DNA of 64,000 nucleotides from an uncultured virus (IMG/VR IMGVR_UViG_3300026549_002477) (Duplodnaviria > Heunggongvirae > Uroviricota > Caudoviricetes), in IMG/VR virus record IMGVR_UViG_3300026549_002477. One strand, 5' to 3'. Below the pieces are notes generated by a model. That model saw only the letters and a program-made list of their open reading frames with translations, was not told the DNA's origin and searched no databases. How positions within the stretch are numbered: the stretch's first letter is position 1; each line of letters begins with the position of its first letter. Made by a program: the position numbers and the translations under genes. Below, piece after piece: positions 58,619 through 64,000 of this stretch.

Positions 58619-59755
58619 ATGAAAAAAGTTGTTAATGGCAAGGTAGTTGATATAAAGAATATAGAGTTATTTGAACAAGCAGCTGAGGGTTTAGCAATCA
58701 GGAATACAACTGTTAGCATAACATCTGAAGGTGTAGAAGCTCAACTCGATTCTCCGTTGATTCATAATTACATAAAGCAGTATGACATATTTTTTAGATC
58801 AATGCCATATCCATTATATGCCATAGAATCTGATATTAAATATGCAACACTTGGGAACTTTCTAAAAGCTATAAATCATAATAAGATTAACATGTGGGTT
58901 AACAATGGACTCAATATAAAATTAGATGATAAGACTGGAATGACATTAAAGATTGTCAATAACACTTGGGCAATAAGCTATTGTAATGATATAATCCTTG
59001 ACAACACTGATATGAATTTATATAAAGACAGTGTTGGATATAATGAATACAATTGGGTTCTCAATAAGATCATAAAGAAGGAGAAGACAAACAACTTTTA
59101 TAATGAGTTTATGCCAGATTTTGTAAGAGCTTGTAATGGTCAAGCAATGGTACTTAGATGGGAGCTGAATAACATTTTAACTTTTGCTAGGGTACCAGAT
59201 ATAATGAATTTTGAAGATAATAAGATTATAGATCTGGAAGATAAAAGCGAATATACTCTTGATATATTCTGTAATGGCACAACAAATACAGAGGAAAAGA
59301 TCACTAGGATTGAAATAGGGAATATAGATAATTTAAGTAATACAAGATTTAAAAAGATAAAGACTTATGATTGGAATATTTATCATAAGGGAACTTCTGA
59401 TTCAGCATCTATAAAGATGGATAAAAGAAGGTTTATTGGATTTGATACATTGTTTAATGATATAATAGTTTTAAAAAATAATAGTGGACAGATCAAATTC
59501 CCTATATATAAAGGAGTAATAAGTGATAATAATTTGATATACAGTATAAATGGAAGGTTATACATTACAAAAGTTAATAGAGTAACTAGAAGTGAAAATA
59601 TAGCTAATGGTATTGAATTATATAGCATTGAAGATGATAGAATATACTTTTCTAAGAGTAAGAAAATAAATGATAAAATAACTAAAAACATATTATATAG
59701 TTATAACTTAATGGATAAGAAAGCTAGACTATGTAAAATTGCTTATACTTATTGA
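58619..59755 (+). CDS. Hypothetical protein
   Basis: Coupled ORF; beta-rich C-terminus. Confidence 0.7.
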   Translation: MKKVVNGKVVDIKNIELFEQAAEGLAIRNTTVSITSEGVEAQLDSPLIHNYIKQYDIFFRSMPYPLYAIESDIKYATLGNFLKAINHNKINMWVNNGLNIKLDDKTGMTLKIVNNTWAISYCNDIILDNTDMNLYKDSVGYNEYNWVLNKIIKKEKTNNFYNEFMPDFVRACNGQAMVLRWELNNILTFARVPDIMNFEDNKIIDLEDKSEYTLDIFCNGTTNTEEKITRIEIGNIDNLSNTRFKKIKTYDWNIYHKGTSDSASIKMDKRRFIGFDTLFNDIIVLKNNSGQIKFPIYKGVISDNNLIYSINGRLYITKVNRVTRSENIANGIELYSIEDDRIYFSKSKKINDKITKNILYSYNLMDKKARLCKIAYTY

Positions 59756-59764
59756 GGATTAGAA

Positions 59765-60718
59765 ATGAGCATAGAAGAACTAATTAAATTCATGTACACT
59801 AATATATACATCTTAAATGATATAGATAGATACAAGAATATAATAAGCATGAACAAGCCAATAAATAGATATGACAGTGTAAATAGAATACTAATAGAAG
59901 AGCAATATCCAAAGGCTTCTGATATAAGGACTGCAGATGAATGGGAATTGTTTGGACGTAAGATAAAGAAAGATGCTAAGAAAATTTATCTGATCATTCC
60001 TAATTATACTACTGAATACATAAGTAATTTATCTAATAAGCCAATAGGTGACATATTTAACAGTGAAGAATTAACGAAAGCTCTTCAATATAATATTATA
60101 CATAGACATGATAATGTAAACGGTGTAGATGTTAAACCGGCATATGATGTATTTGATACTTATTCAATTGATGGAAGCAAGTATAAAAATAACAAAATAG
60201 CATTGAAGTCAAGTAATGTAATCACAATGTTGAAAAAGGTAACTAAATGTGAGGTATTAATAAGTTATGAAAATAGGTATGATGCCAGTGATGAAAAAAT
60301 TTACATCAAGAGGGGTAATTACTTTGACATTGTAGATAGTGCTTTTTATCTTTTAAATCAATTTTTTGATGATGATAAAATTATAAACTTTTATAAATCA
60401 ATCTTAAACCTAGATCCAAGTCAAGATGAAATAAAATTAATAAGATCGAGCTTTAAGTATTCATTAGCAACATTATTAAATTCTACTAGACTATTAAGTC
60501 AAAGTGGAATAAAAGATGTTAATAAATTGGACACTGATAAATTGTTAAATATAATAAATGTCGAAACTAGTATCATATTGGATATAATAGTAAACTTAAG
60601 TACAAATGATAAAAACAGTACAATTTATGATGCTACTGAAGATATAAACATTGTAAAAGAAGCTGAGTATGTATTAAATGTTATAGATGCATACAGAGTT
60701 TACAAGATGATATATTAA
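59765..60718 (+). CDS. ArdC-like N-terminal ssDNA-binding domain protein
   Basis: RYDSVNRILIEEQYPKA...EWELFGRKIKKDAKKIYLIIP...YDVFDT matches the ArdcN/DUF1738 pattern Y...N..LI..Q.P.A....W...GR.VKKG...I..P..VFD. Confidence 0.6.
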   Translation: MSIEELIKFMYTNIYILNDIDRYKNIISMNKPINRYDSVNRILIEEQYPKASDIRTADEWELFGRKIKKDAKKIYLIIPNYTTEYISNLSNKPIGDIFNSEELTKALQYNIIHRHDNVNGVDVKPAYDVFDTYSIDGSKYKNNKIALKSSNVITMLKKVTKCEVLISYENRYDASDEKIYIKRGNYFDIVDSAFYLLNQFFDDDKIINFYKSILNLDPSQDEIKLIRSSFKYSLATLLNSTRLLSQSGIKDVNKLDTDKLLNIINVETSIILDIIVNLSTNDKNSTIYDATEDINIVKEAEYVLNVIDAYRVYKMIY

Positions 60719-60737
60719 ATCAATAGGAGAAACAGTT

Positions 60738-61514
60738 ATGGGAGATAAGGATAGCTTTGATGACTTCGGAAGTGACAGTGACTTTAATGATTTTGGTGAT
60801 GGTTTCGGAGATGATTCATCATTTGATTTAGATGATAATAGTAATAACACTGAAGATAATAAGTTTGATGCAGTTATGAACAATAATCAGCAAAATACAG
60901 CTGATGGAAATCAGTTCAATGATCAACAAAATCCAACTACATCAGTATCTAGCAATAAAAAGCTAGCTGTAATAATGATATTGGCAGGAGTTCTTATAAT
61001 TATAGCAGTGCTTATTGTAGCAAGCATTATTGTTAAGAATAAAAACAGCTCAAAATCAAATATAACTATGTCTACTGAGACTTATACTAGTGCACATCAA
61101 AATCAACAAAACGAGTACACACAGTCACAGCAGGATCAGACACAGCAAAATCAGTCACAGCAGGATCAATCACAGCAAGCATCAGAATCAACAGTATCAG
61201 ATGGTTGGAATGAGTGGACTGAAGTAAGTAATAGTGAACAAGTTACATTTGATGATCAGCCAATAGATTCACAGTTTACAGTGACAGATAAGAAGAGTTA
61301 CGCAAGGGTAGCTAATGCAAGCAATAGCTTAATTATGAAAACAGTATTGACTGGGACAATAGATGGTGTAAGTGGTACATATACATTAGAGGTGCCATAT
61401 TCTTTGGGAACTAAACTTGAAAGAGGTCAGTCATTTACAGTCAAGGTTTATATGGGGACATATGTAGGTGAAGATGGTTCTAGTCGAGTTGTAGTAGGTG
61501 GAATTCGATATTGA
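60738..61514 (+). CDS. Single-pass membrane protein with an acidic D/F/G-rich N-terminus
   Basis: AGGAG RBS; TM LAVIMILAGVLIIIAVLIVASIIV; Q/S-rich linker. Confidence 0.75.
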   Translation: MGDKDSFDDFGSDSDFNDFGDGFGDDSSFDLDDNSNNTEDNKFDAVMNNNQQNTADGNQFNDQQNPTTSVSSNKKLAVIMILAGVLIIIAVLIVASIIVKNKNSSKSNITMSTETYTSAHQNQQNEYTQSQQDQTQQNQSQQDQSQQASESTVSDGWNEWTEVSNSEQVTFDDQPIDSQFTVTDKKSYARVANASNSLIMKTVLTGTIDGVSGTYTLEVPYSLGTKLERGQSFTVKVYMGTYVGEDGSSRVVVGGIRY

Positions 61515-61573
61515 AAAATTTTTGAGATTTTTTTAAAAAAGGTATTGCATAGGTTGCTGGGGTGCGTTATATT
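61511..61573 (+). promoter_or_regulatory. Strong promoter P1 with UP element
   Basis: A/T tracts, then TTGCAT (61545)-17 nt-TATATT (61568). Confidence 0.7.
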
Positions 61574-61640
61574 ATAGAAGTAAAGTTGATAGGGATTCAG
61601 AGATAAGAGTAAATTCTATCTGGTTCAAGGGAAAAATAAA

Positions 61641-61693
61641 TTGAAAAAATTTTAAAAAAAGTCCTTGCATAAATCCTATGTCAGCGTTAGTAT
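61641..61693 (+). promoter_or_regulatory. Strong promoter P2 with UP element, a degenerate copy of P1
   Basis: A/T tracts, then TTGCAT (61665)-17 nt-TAGTAT (61688); both -10 boxes are preceded by GCGT. Confidence 0.65.
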
Positions 61694-61838
61694 TTAGATA
61701 GAGGTTGAGAGAGAAATAATTTAAATGCTTCTCCAACTAATAAAAGAGAATATAGCGATTCCTCTAAGGGAGTTGTTATAGATAGTACCTATAAATTCCA
61801 TTCACACAAATCTACAATTTTAGGAGGAAAAGATAGCA

Positions 61839-62684
61839 ATGGAAGAGAACATTAATGGACTGTTTACTGGAAATGATGCTGTTGCACCGGTTGCAGATCA
61901 GGGCGCAGCAAAGACCACTGGGGGCGCTGCTGACAAGGCTGAGCGTCAGGCTATGATTTCTGCATTTAAGGCAACTGAGCAGGAGCAGGGTGCTGATTTC
62001 CTTGCAAAGCTTCGTTCCCTTTCTAGCAGCCTTGAGGTTGTCAATACTCTTGGTTTTGGTAAGAGTGGTAACATCGTTGCTGACAAGGCTCAGAATGAAG
62101 CTAATAAGGCAGCAGCAGCTCCGGGTGAGAAGGTTAAGCACTCTGTTATGAACACCAGCAAGATTGTTGGTTATGTTGTTCGTAACAACGGTACAGCTAG
62201 CATTGATTACACCACCGAGGTTTGGAAGAAGGGTGCTGATGGCGTCTATACTTCTCAGGTTGTTAAGAAGACAATGGCTCCTGGTGAGAGCATTGTTCTT
62301 AACCGTGAGTATATGACAAGATTTGCAGTTCGTCCGGAAATTTCCTTCACCTTCAGCAATGGTATTATCGTTACCAAGTCTAAGGCTGCAGCAAAGATGC
62401 AGTCTGCTGATCCGGCTGATCGCAAGGCATATCTCTCCAGCTTCCACTTCATTTTCAGCAGTGATGCTGGCAAGGCTGTTAATGATCCAGCAGTTAAGAT
62501 CCCGATCGATGACATTGATGAGAACGGAGTTTCCACTGTTAAGCCTGAGTACCTTGAGACTTTCGGTTATCTCATGAATCCGGCTGTTTCCGCTCCTCGT
62601 GCAAAGAAGGCTCCTGGAAAGAAGTTCACACTGCAGGAGCTTACTGCAAACCTCATCAACAGACAGCTTGGCGAAGAGCAGTAA
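61839..62684 (+). CDS. Highly expressed protein of unknown function
   Basis: AGGAGG RBS; marked codon bias (AAG, GAG, CGT, AAC, TTC); tandem promoters; strong terminator. Confidence 0.85.
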   Translation: MEENINGLFTGNDAVAPVADQGAAKTTGGAADKAERQAMISAFKATEQEQGADFLAKLRSLSSSLEVVNTLGFGKSGNIVADKAQNEANKAAAAPGEKVKHSVMNTSKIVGYVVRNNGTASIDYTTEVWKKGADGVYTSQVVKKTMAPGESIVLNREYMTRFAVRPEISFTFSNGIIVTKSKAAAKMQSADPADRKAYLSSFHFIFSSDAGKAVNDPAVKIPIDDIDENGVSTVKPEYLETFGYLMNPAVSAPRAKKAPGKKFTLQELTANLINRQLGEEQ

Positions 62685-62736
62685 TTTGGGGAAGTTCCTC
62701 AAATCAGTTGCCTAGCATAGCTAGCTAACTTCTAAC

Positions 62737-62783
62737 AAAGGGACAGGGCCATCTACTTAAGTAGGTGGCCCTGTTCTTTTTTT
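62737..62783 (+). terminator. Strong Rho-independent terminator
   Basis: AAAGGGACAGGGCCATCTAC-TTAA-GTAGGTGGCCCTGTTCTTTTTTT. Confidence 0.92.
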
Positions 62784-62868
62784 ATTATAATATAGCATTG
62801 ACAAAAATGCAGTTGGCCTATAAATATTATGTAGTATAATTTTAATTTTTAGAAAGGATTTGGTTTAA

Positions 62869-64000
62869 ATGGAAGATACAAACGTTGAACAAAGTTGGTA
62901 TACAAAGTATAGGCCAGTAACTATTGAACAGTACTGTGGAGATAGAGTTAAAAACATTATCAAGAAAAGGTTTACTTCAAGGGATAAAATGCCACATGTA
63001 ATAATGGTTTATGGTAAGCGTGGGTGTGGTAAAACTACTCTGTGTAGAATATTGACCAAGTATTATATGTGTGAAAATCCGGCAGAAGATGGTACCCCTT
63101 GTGAGTCTTGTGAAACTTGCCAAGATATCAATGATATGCTGATTAAAGGGCAGTCAGAAGTTGATACATCTTCTTTGGGTATTAGGGAAGTAGATGCTAC
63201 TGTAGCAAATGGCAAGGATGATATTCAAGAGATCATTGAAGATGCTAAACAACCACCAGTAATTGGTGAATATAAGATTATTATATTCGATGAGTGCCAT
63301 ATGATGACACAGCAAGCTCAGAATAGCTTACTTAAGATTATTGAAGATATTCCACCACATCTGGTAATAATGTTTGCAACTACAAACCCGGAGAAGGTTC
63401 TACAGACTGTTAAAAGTAGATGTCAGCTAACTATTGAAGTTAGAAAACAATCTATATCTGATATGGCAGATAGACTGGAAGAAATAGCTAAGACTGAGGC
63501 ATTAACTTACAGTAAAGAAGCATTAAATGCTATAGCTAAAAAGGGTGGGTGCGTTCCTAGAGAGTGTATTAATATTCTTGAAAATGTGGCTAAAACTTAC
63601 GCAAATACTGTAAACATAGATAATGTAGTTGACTACCTTGGAGATATTTCTTCAGATTATTATATTGATTATTATAAAGCTGCCAATGATTCTTTGAACA
63701 GTGTTCTTAATTTTATAAACAGATTAAAAGAAAATGATGTAAATCCGAGAGACTTTGTAGATGGTTTATTATCATTTACTTTTGATGCTATGTACATCAA
63801 GCATGGAATTAACCTTGAAGATTATCCAGTAAGCTATGTAAAAACTATTAAGCAATTATTTGATATGTATGATAGTAGTGATTTTGATACTTTACTTCAA
63901 ATTCTAGAATACATGTCAAATCATGTAACTGCCGGTGATAGGTCTTCTGCTTCTGATCTAACTATTGCAACTACAGCCATGAGAATTGGTAAGATTAAAA
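62869..64000 (+). CDS. dnaX: DNA polymerase III gamma/tau-like clamp-loader subunit (runs off the window end; absent from the ORF track)
   Basis: Manual translation: WYTKYRP, GKRGCGKTT, C...PCESCETC, EVDA, FDECHMMT..AQNSLLK..E, FATT and KSRCQ. Confidence 0.92.
   Translation, partial: MEDTNVEQSWYTKYRPVTIEQYCGDRVKNIIKKRFTSRDKMPHVIMVYGKRGCGKTTLCRILTKYYMCENPAEDGTPCESCETCQDINDMLIKGQSEVDTSSLGIREVDATVANGKDDIQEIIEDAKQPPVIGEYKIIIFDECHMMTQQAQNSLLKIIEDIPPHLVIMFATTNPEKVLQTVKSRCQLTIEVRKQSISDMADRLEEIAKTEALTYSKEALNAIAKKGGCVPRECINILENVAKTYANTVNIDNVVDYLGDISSDYYIDYYKAANDSLNSVLNFINRLKENDVNPRDFVDGLLSFTFDAMYIKHGINLEDYPVSYVKTIKQLFDMYDSSDFDTLLQILEYMSNHVTAGDRSSASDLTIATTAMRIGKIK

Noticed and set aside
61812..62702. 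296-aa minus-strand ORF
   Set aside because: Antisense shadow of the codon-biased + strand gene; the RBS, promoters and terminator all support the + strand.
1..64000. Stop-codon reassignment, diversity-generating retroelement or phage virion module
   Set aside because: Standard-code ORFs tile the window and end in TAA, TAG and TGA; no reverse transcriptase, TR/VR pair, terminase, portal or capsid motif was recognised.

Overview
AT-rich 64 kb segment in which every credible gene lies on the + strand and uses the standard code. It reads as part of a very large extrachromosomal replicon of a gut or rumen Bacillota host: a megaplasmid is most likely, and a jumbo phage is not excluded although no capsid, terminase or tail gene is visible. 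The host assignment is inferred from sortase B, SLH-like lipoproteins and GGAGG RBSs. Layout: (i) 1-15.6 kb accessory/conflict zone with an McrC-like nuclease, gene remnants, a metallophosphoesterase, a truncated Panacea-type antitoxin, an SF2 helicase between two HTH-like tandem-repeat proteins, a Pif1 helicase plus HipA-like kinase, an ATP-grasp protein plus PARG-like macrodomain, and sortase B; (ii) a RecJ-like DHH nuclease; (iii) 17.5-29 kb divergent Tad/Flp-like pilus operon, invaded by two free-standing genes with Cys-repeat, Vsr-like nuclease and Mom-like GNAT domains, and ending in three pilin-like genes that share a non-canonical VK(N/S)IFK N-terminus; (iv) a ParM-like actin, a 1010-aa coiled-coil MinD-like ATPase and a ParR-like protein; (v) replication genes: stand-alone 5'-3' exonuclease, dCMP deaminase, a family A polymerase domain with an apparent Ig-like insertion, and DnaX; (vi) surface proteins, a very acidic repeat protein, an ArdC-like protein and a strongly expressed unknown gene behind tandem promoters. 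The best candidates for undescribed biology are the repeat array-helicase-repeat array module, the non-canonical Tad pilins next to the actin module, and the Ig-inserted PolA. All family calls come from motif recognition by eye; no searches were run.
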